From contig NW_026867467.1 of the NCBI RefSeq assembly GCF_020745735.1, forward strand, positions 1 to 64,000: a DNA stretch of 64,000 nt. The letters are read 5' to 3'. The DNA comes from Hemiscyllium ocellatum (lineage: Eukaryota). Numbering within the stretch: position 1 is the stretch's first letter; every line of letters begins with the position of its first letter. The notes under the pieces are model-generated. The model ran no database searches, was not told the DNA's origin, and saw only the letters and a program-made list of their open reading frames with translations. Shown one piece after another: positions 37,030 to 50,505 of this stretch. The translations under genes were made by a program, and so were the position numbers.

Positions 37030-39625
37030 AGCTTATGATGTTGTGCCAAGGATTAGAACATAGAATATTATATTGCAGTACAGGCCCGTCAGCCTTCGAT
37101 GTTGTGCCGACCTGTCATACCAATCTGAAGCCCATCTAACCTCTACTATTCCATGTACGTCCATATGCTAGTCCAATGACGACTTAAATGTACTTAAAGT
37201 TGGCGAATCTACTACCATTGCAGGCAAAGCATTCCATCCCCTTAATACTCTCTGAGTAAAGAGACTACCTCTGACATCTGTCCTATATCTATCATCCCTA
37301 AAGTTAAAGCTATGCCCCCTCATACTCGCCATCACCATACTTGGAAAAAGGTTCTCCCTTCCACTCTGCCTAACCCTCTGATTATCTTATATGTCTCTAT
37401 TAAGTCACCTCTCAACCTTCTTCTCGCTAACGAAAACAGCATCACGTCCCTCAGCCTTTCCTCGAAAGACCTTCCCTCCATACTAGGCAACACCCTCGTG
37501 AATCCCCTCTGCACCCTTTCCAAAGCTTCCACATCCGTCTTATAATGTGGTGACCAGAACTGTACACAATATTCCAAGTGCAGCCGCACCAGAGCTTTGT
37601 ACAGCTGTAGCATAACCTCATGGTTCCGGAACTCGATCCCTCTATTAATAAAAGCTAAAACACTGTATGCCTCCTCAACAACCCTGTCAACCTTGGTGAC
37701 AACTTTCAAGGATCTGTGTACCTGGACACCGACGTGTCTCTGCTTATCTACACTGCCAAGAATCTTACCATAAGTCCAGTACTTTGCATTCCGGTTACTC
37801 TGACCAAAGTGAATCACCTCAGACTTGTCCGCATTAAACTCCACTTACCACCTCTCTGCCCAGCTCTGCAGCTTATCTATATTTCTCTGTAACTACAACA
37901 TCCTTCCTTCCTATCCACAACTCCACTGACCTTAGTGTCATCTGCAAATTTACTAACCCACCCTTCTACACCCTCATCCAGGTCGTTTATATAAAAGACG
38001 AACAGCAGTGGACACGACACCAACCCTTGCAGTACATGACTGGTAACTGGACTCTAGGATGAACATTTCCCATCAACCATCACTCTCTGTCTTCTTTCAG
38101 CAAGCCAATTACTGATCCAAACTGCTAAATCTCCCACAATCCCATTCCTCTGCATTTTGTACAATAGCCTACAGTGGGGAACCTTATCAAACGCCTTGCT
38201 GAAATCAATATACGCCACGTCAACCAATTTAATCACATCTACCTGTTTGGTCACCTTCTCAAAGAACTCAATAAGGATTGTGAGGCACGACCTACCCTTC
38301 ACAAAACCGTGCAGACTATCCATAATCAAATTATTCTTTTCTAGATGATTATACATCTTATCTCTTATAACCTTTTCCAACAACTGAAGTAAGGCTCACT
38401 GGTCTATAATTACCAGGGTTGACTCTACTCCCTTTCTTGAACAGGGGAACCACATTTGCTATCCTCCAGTCCTCAGGCACTATTCCTATAGACAATGATG
38501 ATTTGAAGATCAATGCCAAAGGCTCAGCAATCTCCTCCCTGGCTTCCCAGAGAATCCTAGGATAAATCCCATCAGCTGAAAATGTGTTGCTGGTTAAAGC
38601 ACAGCAGGTCAGGCAGCATAAATCCCATCAAGCCCAGTAGACTTATCTATTTTCGCATTCTGCAGGATTTCTAATACCTCTTCCTTGTGAACCTCAATCC
38701 CACCTAGTCAAGTAGCCTGTATCTCAGTAATCTCCTCGATAACACTGTCATTTTCTAGAGTGAATACTGTCGAAAAATATTCATTTAGTGCTTCCCCTAT
38801 CTCCTCTGACTCCACACACAACTTCCCACTCCTATCCTTGATTGGCCCTAATCTTACTCTTGTCATTCTTTTATTCCTTAAATACCTATAGAAAGCCTTA
38901 GGGTTTACCATGATCCTATCCGCCAACAACTTCTCATGTCTCCACCTGGCTCTGCCGAGCTCTCTCTTTAGGTCTTCCCTGTCTACCATGTAACTCTCAA
39001 GTGCCCTGCCTGAGCGTTCACATCCCATCATAACTTAAGCCTTCTCCTTCCTCTTGACCAGAGATTCCACTTCCTTCGTAAACCACGGCTCTTGCGCTCT
39101 ACAGCTTCCTCCCTGCCTGACAGGTACATACTTATCTAGGACACACAGGAGCCTTTCCTTGAACAAGCTCCACATTTCTAATGTGCCCATCCCCTGCAGT
39201 TTCTTTCCCCATCCTATGCTTCCTAAACCTTGCCTAATCGCATTGTAATTGCCTTTCCCCCAGCTGTAACTCTTGCCCAGTGGTATACACCTATCCCTTT
39301 CTATCACTAAAATAAACACAACAGAATTGTGATCGCTATCACCAAAGTGCTCACCTCCTTCCAAGTCTAACACCTGGCCGGGCTCAATACCCAGGACCAA
39401 ATCTAATATGGCTTCGCCCCTTACTGGCCTGTCTACATACTGTGTCAGGAAGCCCTCCTGCACACACTGGACAAAAACTGACCCATCTATAGGACTGGTA
39501 CTGTAGTGTTTCCAGCCAATATTTGGAAAGTTGAAGTCCCCCGTGACAACTACCCTGTCTCTCTCACTCCTATCGAGAATCATCTTTGCTATCCTTTCCT
39601 CTACAACTCTGGAACTATTCAGAGG
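37030..39625 (-). mobile_element. CR1-type LINE ORF2 (endonuclease end, RT, 3' UTR), 2.6 kb, disabled
   Basis: VVVTGDFNFPNIGW...HFGDSDHNSV; YIDFSKAFDKVPH; YCVQFWSPHY...LERVQRGFTR. Confidence 0.93.
38575..38617 (-). mobile_element. 43-bp Penelope 3'-end micro-insertion with 13-bp TSD inside the CR1
   Basis: ATAAATCCCATCA at 38562-38574 and 38618-38630 flanks GCTGAAAATGTGTTGCTGGTTAAAGCACAGCAGGTCAGGCAGC. Confidence 0.9.
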
Positions 39626-40189
39626 GATGGGCTATCAAAGCTGGCCAAGCCAGTGACACTCACATCACAGAAAATGAATATTAAAAAAAAGAATGCCTGC
39701 AAGATTAAAACAGCTCCACACTGTCCGAACTGCCATCTCAGCCTCTTCTTATTGAGGAGGACAAAAGAATCTCACCTTGCCTTTCCCATGCTCACCTTTC
39801 TCACCAAAGCCCAATATTCACCCCGGCCCTCACTTATACCAACCAGCAGCACTGCCACCACCAACACAGCAGCCCCTCTCAAAATGTCTTGTCAGTAAAT
39901 TTTTATTAACTGGTTACTTCAATTACAATGCAATCTCTACAATCAGACTCAGTACCATTTAGGTGACAACCAATTTTCTAACAGATTTTCTCGATCTCTC
40001 TCCTTTTTTGGTTAGAGGGAGGGAGGGAGGGAGGTGGAAACACGAAAGTGATGTAAGATATATGTACAACAGTGAGACAGGAAAGCTAGTATGGCTCATG
40101 TTGACTCTCAGACACCGCAGAGTGAAGCAACACATTTACTGCATAATAAACATAACATTTCATCCCAATCACATCCAGTGTGACAGAAA

Positions 40190-40600
40190 TAAAATGCGGA
40201 TCGGTTGGACAGGCTGGGTTTGTTTCAGCTGGAGTTTAGGAGAGTGAGGGGTGACGTCACTGAAGTGTCTAAGATCCTGAATGGTTTGATAAGGAGGATG
40301 TGGAAAGGAAGTTCCCTCTTGTGGGCCATTCCTGAACGAGAGGGAACTGCTTTAAAATTGTGTTCACCCTCTCAGGACAGAGATGAGGAGATTTGTTTCC
40401 AATCAGAGGGCAGTGCAACTTTGGAACTCTCTGCCCCAGAAGGTGGGCTCACTGAGTATTTTAAGACACAGGTTGATAGATTCTTGTTCAGGGATGTTGG
40501 GGGGAGATGGAATACAAATCACAAACAGATCAGGCCTGGTCTTATTGAACGATGGAGAAGGCACGAGGGGCCGAATGGTCACCGTCTGCTTCTTTCCCAC
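40190..40600 (+). mobile_element. CR1-type LINE 3' end
   Basis: DRLGLFQLEFRRVRGDVTEVSKILNG...RAVQLWNSLPQK. Confidence 0.8.
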
Positions 40601-40629
40601 ATGATCCAAGGACTGAGCGCTTTGTTCAA

Positions 40630-40960
40630 AATTCATTCACTGGGATGTAGGTGCCACTGGCTGTGGGCAGCATTTATTACCCAGAGGGCAGGTAAGAGCC
40701 AACCACATTGGTGTGGGTCAGGAGTCACATGTAGGCCAGATCAAGTAAGGATGGCAGCTTCCTTCCCTAAAGGGCATCAGTGACTCTGATGGGTTTTTCC
40801 TGACAATTAAGAATAATTTCATCAATAGGCTTATAATTCTAGATTTGTATTGAATTCGAATTCCACATCTGTCGTGATGGGATTCGAATCAGGGTCCCCA
40901 GAATATTACCTGGAGCTCTGGATTAACAGTTCAGCAATGATACCACGGGACAGTTACCGA
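40630..40960 (-). mobile_element. tRNA-headed SINE, second family
   Basis: Minus strand has TTAATCCAGAGCTCCAGGTAATATTCTGGGGACCCTGATTCGAATCCC. Decayed relatives lie near 14330-14680 and 58440-58640. Confidence 0.7.
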
Positions 40961-42731
40961 TCTACAAAGAGACAGTTTTAATGGTGGAAACCAAAACCTT
41001 GATCAAACAGGTAGAAATTAAGGAGAGCCTATAGAATGGAGGAGAATTGAAGGGAATGGGGGAAGAGAATGACCAAGTTTAGGTTCAAGGCAGCTGAAAC
41101 TAAAGCCATCAACAGGGAGGAGAATAAAATAAGAAACTGTCATGCAGCTGGAATTGGATAAGTGCAGATCCCTCAGGGAGGTGTGGAACTACGCAGGGAG
41201 GACAGGGTGAAGGCACGGGTAGGTTTAAAAGCAGTGAACCAAATTTTGAAATTTTCTTCATGAACATAATATAGATCAGGATAAAACTGAAATAGGCGTC
41301 TAACACAACTTGCTACAAGGACACAGTGAATAGAATCTGAGGTGATCATGAGAATATGGAGGTAGAATGTGGGAGACAAGCTGGGACTGTATTGGATTCG
41401 TCATGGTGAGAGGGAACAAATGCTGGATACAGGGTTTCAGCAGCTGATGGACTGACACTGAGGTGAGTCATCGGAAACTGAGCAAGTGACCACCATCTAA
41501 TAGGACAGAGAAACTGATCCATCAGCCTGAAGCTAACTGACCACGTGGCTGTCAGTGACTCCAACACAAGTGAATGGAAACATTGCTCAGAGCCTGTTTC
41601 TGTAACATTCAACACAACCAGGAAATAAAAGTGAATAATTAGCTGCAAACAAGGCCAGTGCTCTGTTAGAGTCAAAATCACTCAATGTTCAGTTAGTGAC
41701 CATTATTGACTCACAGAATATTCTAACCCGCAGAATCACAGTAAAAGGTGAAAGTAAACAACATTCTTGGCAAAGACATATTGAACCAACTGCTTGTATA
41801 AAAACAGCTCAGAACAAAGGGGCTGAATCCTCCACAAACTGACAAACACAGATACCATCAGATTTATAGATAGAGATTGGAATTCTTTAGAAAAACCCTT
41901 CCCTGTTGATGGTGTGTGGGAGAAACCATTCTCAGTGAGAACTGCCACTTAATTTCCTTTGAAAAGAATCTCTGTTTCCCCTCAGAAAGGCAGGTGTGTC
42001 GCTCACTTACAGACTGACTTACAGACAAAGGAAACCTGAACTGAGATTCGCAGGTTAATTAAGCTATCAGTGACAGTCCATTGCACACAACAAGAGCTTA
42101 GACCACAACAGATTCTAGTGAAACCAACAATGCAATGAAAAAGGTGAATTAGTCTCTATAATCATGCAGCCTCTCTCAATCAAATAATATCAGTCAACTT
42201 CCAAACATTTTAAAACTATTAATACCAATGTATACATGTTTATTTCCATTCCTAATTTACTCCAAAAAATATACCTGGTTATTCTCTTTAAAATATATTT
42301 TAAATGGTCAGTTCATAATCACAATTCATTTCCAATTATTCTTAGTGCAAAGAAATTTGCAAACTAAAATAGTTCTCAAGTCAATAATGACACTGGAAAC
42401 ATTGTTATGTAGTTCAACCATATTTCGAAATATTGTTTTGGTTCATTATTGCAGTGAAGCTAAAATTAAAATCTATTTATTTTCTCTATTTCCTTCCATT
42501 ACTTTATTCCCTAATAATAATGCATGACATAATGGGTGACAAGCATTAAAATGATGTTGAGGGGGATCCAAGATGGCGGCGACCCAGCAAGTCTGAGTCT
42601 ATAGTGCTCTTCCCAAGACTTGGGTAAAGTGGGTCACCCACCCCCACCACACTCACCAAATCATTCATAATAGCTGTTAACTTTAAATAGTTGCTTAGTA
42701 TTATATTTAAATAGTCTAATATTTAGTAAAA

Positions 42732-43584
42732 ATGACCAAAGGGAAGGGAGCCCGCAGCTCTCAACAAGCAGGACCCCCTCCCCCACCCTCTCCCTCGTCA
42801 GCTGCAGCAGAGGCGTCCACAGCCGCCCCGGGGGACTTACCGACGGTAACAAGCCTTGTGGAGAATTACCAAGCTGGACGCGAAGATTGATGCCTTCATC
42901 GAGGAGTCCCGACATCGCTGGGAATCACTCTCGGCCGAGCTGCAGAAGCACGGCCGAGACATCCAGGAACTGGAGCGCCGAGTCGGAGGGGCGGAGTTAA
43001 AGGCCGCGACCTCGGAGACGGCAGCTCAATCGGCTGCCGATCAGGTCCGGACTCTCGAGCAGCGAGTCCGGACCTTAGAAAATCATATTGACGACCTCGA
43101 TAATCGAGGTCGTCGAAAAAATATTCGGTTGCTGGGCCTTCCCGAACGGGAAGAGGAAGGCCAGCTTACAGCATTCCTGGAGCAGTGGCTGCCACAGCTT
43201 TTAAATCTACATGCTGGATCAGGCCAGGTAAGGGTGGAATGGGCCTACCGGGTCGCAATACGGGGGCCTGGCTCAAACCAGCGCCCACGCCCGGTCCTGT
43301 TCCAGCTGCAGAGCTATAGGGAGAGGCAGATGCTCCTAGAAGCCTCAAGAAATCTCGGAAAAGACCCCCAAGCCATGATCTATAAAGGATCCAAGATCAT
43401 GCTATTTCAGGATTTTTCCCCAGCTCTGGTCCGAAAGAGGAAGGCATTCGATGAGGTGAAGAAGCGTTTAAGGGACTTAAATACTCAGTACTCCTTACGC
43501 TATCCAGCGACGCTACGTTTTAACCACAAAGGATCCATATATAACTTCAGTTCACCAGAGAAGGCTAAGGAATTCTTGGACTAA
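42732..43584 (+). pseudogene. L1 ORF1 (coiled coil, RRM, CTD) with one frameshift near 42862
   Basis: ATG at 42732 gives MTKGKGARSSQQ...TSLVE, then the frame shifts to ITKLDAKID...DLDNRGRRKNIRLLGLPE...YSLRYPATLRF. Confidence 0.92.
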
Positions 43585-44333
43585 ATTAAATAAACTGTAA
43601 GAGATTGTGGATGCTGGTTTGCCTTTCCCCCCACTTTGGTCTATATTCCCCCCCCTTTTTTTTCTTCTTCTCTCCTTTTTTGACCTCAGTGTTTAATATT
43701 ATCATGGGGGGGGCGGGGAGAGGGATTTGATTTTCTCCCCCCCCCACTTGGTTTGTTTTCTTTTATTACTTTATGTATATATGTGGGTATGTATGTATGT
43801 ATGTATATATACGTTGGGGCGATTGGTTAATGTTGGTGGGGGGAGGTGGTTATATTATTCGATTTTACCTGTGTCTTTAGGAGTGGGGTTGTTTTTCCCC
43901 TATTATTTTGTATTATTATATCTAATTATTACTTGTTGAGATTGTAATGTTATAGTTATATATTTATATACGGTACTAACATTCTCAAATATATCCAGGT
44001 GTTGGTGTGGGCGGGGGTAGGGTGCTCACTGTTAACTCTAGCTTTGTATTATATTTGAATTCTCCTCATTTTATTGAGGAGCACCTGGGTCAAGGGTGGG
44101 GCATTGGTTGAGAGAGGATAAGATGGACTTTTGGAGAGGAAGTAACGCTCCCTGGGAACAAGGGGGAAAATCTCCATTTAGGTACTTTTTATATTTTTTT
44201 TATTTCGAAATAGTTTTTTATTATATTGTTGTGAGTGTAATAGAGAGCCTTTATTTTTGTAAATTTTATATGCTCCATGCTCGGGATGTTCCAGATAGGG
44301 TTTCCCCTCCCAAGGGGTCTCGGATCTGCCCAG

Positions 44334-47300
44334 ATGATTATGGTTGATCAGTCGGTTAAGTGGTGCACCTGGAATGTCAAGGGGAGTAATTCGCCAGTCA
44401 AAAGGAAGAAAATATTATCAAATCTTAAGAAGGAAAGAGTTGATATAGCTCTCCTACAAGAAACACACCTGTCGGATAAAGAACATTTAAAATTATGGCA
44501 GGGCGGATTTGATCAGGCCTTTTTCTCTTCTTTTAGCTCAAAAAGTAGGGGAGTTGTTATTCTTGTTCGGAAGAATTTCCCTTACAAAATTCTAAATCAG
44601 ATAAAAGATGAATTTGGACGATATATTTTGATTAAAGCCCTCGTAAATGGAGAGGAATATGGGATTCTAAATTTGTACTGCCCCCCGGCACACCCCTCTA
44701 AATTTATAACGGAAGCTTTTTCAAAATTGATGGCCTTTGGTGCCCGTCATACAATTATAGGGGGAGACTTTAATTGTATTATGGATCCGGAAATAGATAG
44801 GATCCCAAGAGTGCTGCCGGAGTATCTCCCAGATCTAGACAATTGGCGGATCTGAATAAAGAATTAGGATTGGTAGATGTATGGAGATGTCTTCATCCAC
44901 AGGGTAGAGATTTTTCTTTCTACTCTAATCCACATAAATGTCATACAAGAATTGATATGTTCTTTGCCCCATCGATTTTTTAAAATTCTATATTATCCTG
45001 TAAAATAGGTACTATAGCGATTTCCGACCAAGCCGCTGTATATATGGAAACTAAGGCAAGGAACAATGGGACATCCACTCGGCATTGGCGTATGGACCCC
45101 TTCCTGATAAAAGATAGTAAATTTGTAAAGTACTCTCCCAAGAATTTAAAACTTTTTTAGAAATTAATTCAGGTACGGCTAGCAACCCATCAATGATGTG
45201 GGAGACCATCAAAGCTTATGCACGAGGTTTGATCATCTCCTACTCAGCGACTCAGAAGAAACTGAAAGGAGAGCAACAGCGTCTGCTCGAAGCTCGCTTA
45301 AAAGCAGCTGAAACAGCATACGCTGATAGACCTTCTATTATAAAATTGCAAAGGATTACGGCTCTTAGGACAGCTCTAAACACTACGCTTACTCAAACGG
45401 CTAAGAGGGAAATATTATTTGCAAAACAAAGGTTATATGAATATGGCGACAAACCGGGTAGATACTTAGCATTTCTTGCAAAGAAAAAGAAGGCCCCTCA
45501 GACTATTATGACTATCAAGGAAAGTACAGGTACCTTGACTCATGATCATAAAAAGATTAATGCGATCTTTAGAGAATTTTATTCTGAGTTATATAAATCG
45601 CAGGATTGTGAAGATAGGACTAGGAGGATGCAGTCATTTTTTAAAAATTCGACCTTTCCGGACTAGACTCCAGAACAGGTATCAGCCTTAAATGCTCCTC
45701 TAACAGTCCAAGAAATATTTGATGCAATTAGGCAACTCCAGAGCGGAAAGGCACTGGGTCCAGATGGTTTTCAAGCTGAATTCTATAAAGAATTTACAGA
45801 AATATTGGCTGATCCACTTATGGACATGTATAACTTTGCATATAGTCAGGTTTGTCTCCCGCCTTCGCTGAAAGAGGCAAATATCTCTCTTATCCTCAAA
45901 AAAGGAAAAGATCCAGAAGACTGTACATCTTATAGACCAATATCCTTGCTAAATGTAGATTTTAAAATCCTCTCTAAAATGTTAGCATTGAGACTAGAAA
46001 GGATACTGCCATATATTATAAAGGAGGATCAGACGGGATTTACTAAAGGCCGTAGATCATCCAATAATATTAGAAGGGTCTTGAATATGATCCAAGCCTG
46101 CCATCAGGGAAAGATACCAGGAGTAGTAATTTCATTAGACGCGGAAAAGGCATTCGATAGGGTTGAATGGTCATATTTGTTTTACACATTGGAAAGGTTT
46201 GGCGTTGGACAGGTGTTTACCAAATGGGTCTCAACATTGTATAGTGATCCCAAAGCAGTTGTTATTACCAATGGATTAAGATCGGATAGCTTCAGTGTGG
46301 GTAGGGGCTGCCGTCAAGGATGTCCTCTCTCGCCATTGTTATTTACGCTAATAATTGAACCACTAGCAGAAGCTATACGGACTGATCCTAATATAACGGC
46401 CCCGAGGATTGGTACAGGTAAACAGGTAAAATTACCCTTTATGCAGATGATGTTCTTTTATTCCTCAATAATCCTCTGATGTCAGTACCTCGTCTAATTC
46501 AAGTTATTAATACATTTAGTGCATTCTCAGGCTATAAAATTAATTTTTCAAAATCGGAGGCTATGCCAATAGGTGGCCTGGTTATGACACCCCACTTAGT
46601 GGACGGATCCCTCTTTCCCTTTCATTGGTCCCTGGAGGGCTTCTTATATTTAGGTATTTTTATTACTCCAGTATTTGATCAGTTGTATAGGGCTAATTTT
46701 GTGCAATTACTGGAAAGGATAAGGCAGGACCTCCAGCGATGGGGAGACCTTCCAATATCCTGGTTGGGTAGAATAGCACTAATTAAAATGAACGTTCTGC
46801 CCCGTCTCTTATATCCTATGAGAATGCTCCCGGTGATGCTGCCAAGGATAGCCCTACGTAAATTATATGGCTGGCTGGGTTCCTTTATTTGGAATCATAG
46901 ACGGCCCCTTATTAAGCTGAAGAAGCTACAGCTTCCACAGGCAAGGGGAGGACTGGATTTCCCAGACTTTAGAAAATATCAGTTAAGTTCCCTATTAAGT
47001 TACATAGCTGACTGGGTCTTGTCTGATCCACAATCAATTTGGCTGGACATCGAGGCCTCCCAAGTAAAATACCCACTTACTAACCTCTTATTTTCAGACA
47101 AGAGGAAAATCATTACAGATCACTGTAAAAACCCCATAATACTAAACACAATTAAGGCCTGGAATATAATGCGGCAAAATGAGGGTAATTTACATAAAAC
47201 ATCCCCCTATGCACCGATAGTAGGGGCATGGGGATTCCAACCGGGGTTTACAGATGCCACTTTTAAACTCTGGAGATCCAGGGGTATCTCATGTTTAGGG

Positions 47301-48146
47301 GACCTATTTAAAGATGGGGTCCTGATGTCCTTTGAACAGCTGCGTCAGAAATTCGGGTTACCCAATGGAGACCTCTTTCGATACTTCCAAATTCGAGATT
47401 ATATACAGAAGAAGACTACGTTAATGGATAGTCTTTATAAATCAGATAGAGAATGTAATGTCCTACGACCAGTAGGGGTATCCTCTGTTAGTACTATTTA
47501 TCATTTACTACATGATGAAGTGTCAGGAGATATGGACAATCTGCTTAAAACATGGGATCAGGATTTGGGATTAGAAATCTCTATAGAAATGTGGAATGAT
47601 ATTTGGGAAAATGCTAGAAGAATTACTATCTGTAACAGAACCCAGGCTATCCAGCTGAAGATACTTCATAGGGCCCATATCGCACCGGCTCGATTGGCAA
47701 AATTTAAGGCAGGAGCATCTCCAATGTGTCCCAAATGCAAAATAGAGGTGGGCACTCTGGTACATTGCCTATGGACTTGTCATAAGATCCGTAGATATTG
47801 GACTAAAGTAGCAAGTACCCTGACAGACATTTTAGGAACGGAAACTAGAGTGGACCCTGTATCTCTCCTTTTGGGCTTTTCGAACTTTTCCTCCCTGGAT
47901 ATGCACGGGAAGAGACTATTTTCTATTCTCTCTTTCTGTGCAAGGAAAAATATTTTGATGAACTGGGTGGCTGAGGGCCCCCCTGGACTTTCAAATTGGC
48001 ACAGATTAATTATGGAATATATTCCCCTTGACTTCCTTACAAATATGGTGCACCGAAAGACTGAATTATTTTATAAAATATGGCAGCCCTTTTTGAATTA
48101 CATAAATGCAGATATTTCAGCTATCCTAACAAGGGCCTTTATTTAG
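44334..48146 (+). pseudogene. L1 ORF2 (AP endonuclease, RT, Cys-rich end) with at least 3 frameshifts and 2 stops
   Basis: CTWNVKG...LQETH...GGDFN; YRPISLLNVD; LDAEKAFDRVEW; GCRQGCPLSP; YADD at 46440-46451 after a frameshift; CPKC...TLVHCLWTC. Confidence 0.95.
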
Positions 48147-48699
48147 TGAGGACTACAAACCTGGCTGCTCCGGGGCCCCTTGGGAGAGGAAACCCGCATG
48201 AATATGGGTTTTATTACATTTGATGTTAATACATTCCGAGCATGTAAGAGACTTAAGTATACACTCTGGTTAGTTATAGGTTAGATTAGTAGAATGTTGA
48301 GTTTTGTTTTTTTTAAATTTTATTTTGGTTTTTGTTTTTTTTTCTTTCCTTTGTTAAATTTTGACTATTGTATATTTGATTTAATTGTACATCAATGTTT
48401 GTATTTGAGAGTTTTGTTTATTTTTATAAACTTGCAAAAATGTTAAATTTCTAAGAAAAATATCTATTAAAAAAATGATGTTGAATTTTCAATGCAAGAA
48501 CTGGTACAAATAATCACTTATTATTCAGTTCATTCATTGTCATTGATTATCAGGGTTATTTCCATTGTATGATTACATTAAATTCACTTAAATAATCACA
48601 GTACAATTCTCACCTCTATAGATATGTAAAGTGAATGTCAAATTATTAATGTTCCAAGTCAAACCAATTTCACATTTTGTTCTGTGTTATTCCAGGAAT

Positions 48700-49680
48700 G
48701 ATGGAATGTGTTACATTATTATGGGAAACAGGAACAAGTGAAGGTGGTGCCTCTCAGACGTGAGGCCTTAAAGCCAAAGGGCCAGGTGGTAGTTACAGTG
48801 GGGGAGGTACCTAGTGCCCCGCTCTCCTCAGAAGGCAGTCAGGACGGTGACACTGACTGGAACAGGTTAGACGATAAAGCGCCCATGTATGGTCAGAGGG
48901 ACGGAAATGGGTGGGATGACCCACTGCTCTGTAAGACCCAGAAGGCAGTGTCTCTGGCACCGCTGGGCATCAAAGCTCAAACTTGGACAGACAATAGGGA
49001 GCAACAAAGGGAACTGACAGAAACTAAACCTGAACCGTTTACCCGTCTGAACGATAGATGTTGGTGAATGACCACCCAGCCTAATGGAGAAATGGTAATA
49101 ATGGGCCTTATTGGGAGAATATGGATGAATTAGTTGAGGTACACAGTCTCACCAAAGATGATGTCAGGCCAAGATCTATCAGGCTAAGATGCCCTGACGT
49201 GTACAGCAGAACCTGTCCCTGCAATGAGAGGGTGGGGGTGTGAGCTAGTTCCCCCCAGTGCACAGCCGATCAGTGCCTCCAGGCATTTACAGATATTACA
49301 GGGACACACTGGGGAGGTGACAGGCTGAATGGGCTAAAATAACCTTGGTGACTCAGGGACCCAAGGGTAATATTGAGGATCATTCAGAGAGGAAGTCTGA
49401 GGTGTGTAAGGACCACGGGGGATATCCAAACCCCAATCTGTGATGATGAAATAGGTTTGATGTATTTTAAAGATGACATGGGACCCTATTTAACTGTAAT
49501 TATAAACATGGGACTCCCAGTGGGAGATCATTCGAACCACATTCTAAATTGGGCCATGAGAGCTGAGGCAAACTCAGAAACACAGGGGAATAGCTGCAGT
49601 ACAGGGAGGGGAACCAGACCCACAATGTTACAAGGGAAGCAGGAAAGGGGACATAGCCAAGGAACGTAGGCAGAGAGAGA
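48700..49680 (+). pseudogene. Decayed retroviral-type gag fragment (endogenous retrovirus remnant)
   Basis: PSAP at 48810-48821; capsid-like PFTR...YWENMDELVEVHSLTKDDVR; MHR-like WAKITLVTQGPKGNIEDHSERKSE from 49321; broken zinc knuckle CYKGSRKGDIAKER at 49626-49667. Confidence 0.62.
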
Positions 49681-49734
49681 AAGATAAATGTTCACATTGT
49701 GTGTGGCCTGTGTTCACGTCTGCAGAACTGCGGG

Positions 49735-49810
49735 CATGCCGCACTGTCAATGGATCAGTACTGTGGGAATGCTGCACTTTCAGAGGGTCAGTACTGACTG
49801 AGCGCAGCAC
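49735..49810. repeat. Isolated ~2-unit copy of the 33-bp minisatellite
   Basis: GCCGCACTGTCAATGGATCAGTACTGTGGGAATGCTGCACTTTCAGAGGGTCAGTACTGA. Confidence 0.8.
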
Positions 49811-50505
49811 TATCTTGTGGCCTAAGAGGAATATCTGAAATTGTTCAGTACCTTTCTGCCTCTGTCCCTGCTCAGCAATGATTCCCACATCCAAATTCCA
49901 GAGGCTGTGTTCAAACAGACCGCCTTCATTTGGTTGTTGAACCTGAAGAGGTTCCACCCTCTTTTCCCAGGGTTGGAGTTTTCGTTTCACGTGACTGACC
50001 TGTCAGCTCAAAGGGATATTTTCATGCTGCAGGGCAGAGGTTTATTCCTCAGCTTCCATGTGCTCATCCCAAATGAATCCCACTGCCCTGCACTCAGCAG
50101 AGTCATGTGTTCCTTATTTCTGAGCTTCCCAATGCTAATCCACATCCAGACTGACATCCCACACTCTTCCAAATTGCATAGGAGGTTAATTGCCTGGGAG
50201 AGAGGAGTGCTAAGAGGGGGAATAAAAATCTGAAAGGACTTTACAGTGACATTAAGGGTGAATTGATAATGAGAGAAAGAGGAGGTTGTGGAACACAGTG
50301 AGAGTTTGTGCATGGACTCAGAGGGTGTAGTGAATGGATGCATTATGTCAATGCTCATTGGGACAGGGGTGATATGAAATTGTGGAGATGCTCTGTGATA
50401 CAATTAAATGAATTAGCATCTATATATATAGAAAGAGATGGTTCTGAGTGGTCTGATCTTCTTAAAACCCAATAAATCTCCAAAGACGGTGGAAATGTAT
50501 CTCAG

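Larger units (their letters stand above)
42561..48471 (+). mobile_element. Full-length LINE-1 (L1 clade), 5.9 kb, 13-bp TSD, disabled
   Basis: Starts GGGGGATCCAAGATGGCGGC, contains ORF1 and ORF2, and ends in a short A tail. TSD AAAATGATGTTGA at 42548-42560 and 48472-48484, at a TT/AAAA site. Confidence 0.97.

Noticed and set aside
41300-42200. Possible exons (donor GAG|GTGAGT near 41462; ORF 41346-41681)
   Set aside because: All frames contain stops or are unrecognisable, and no Ig or other motif is present.
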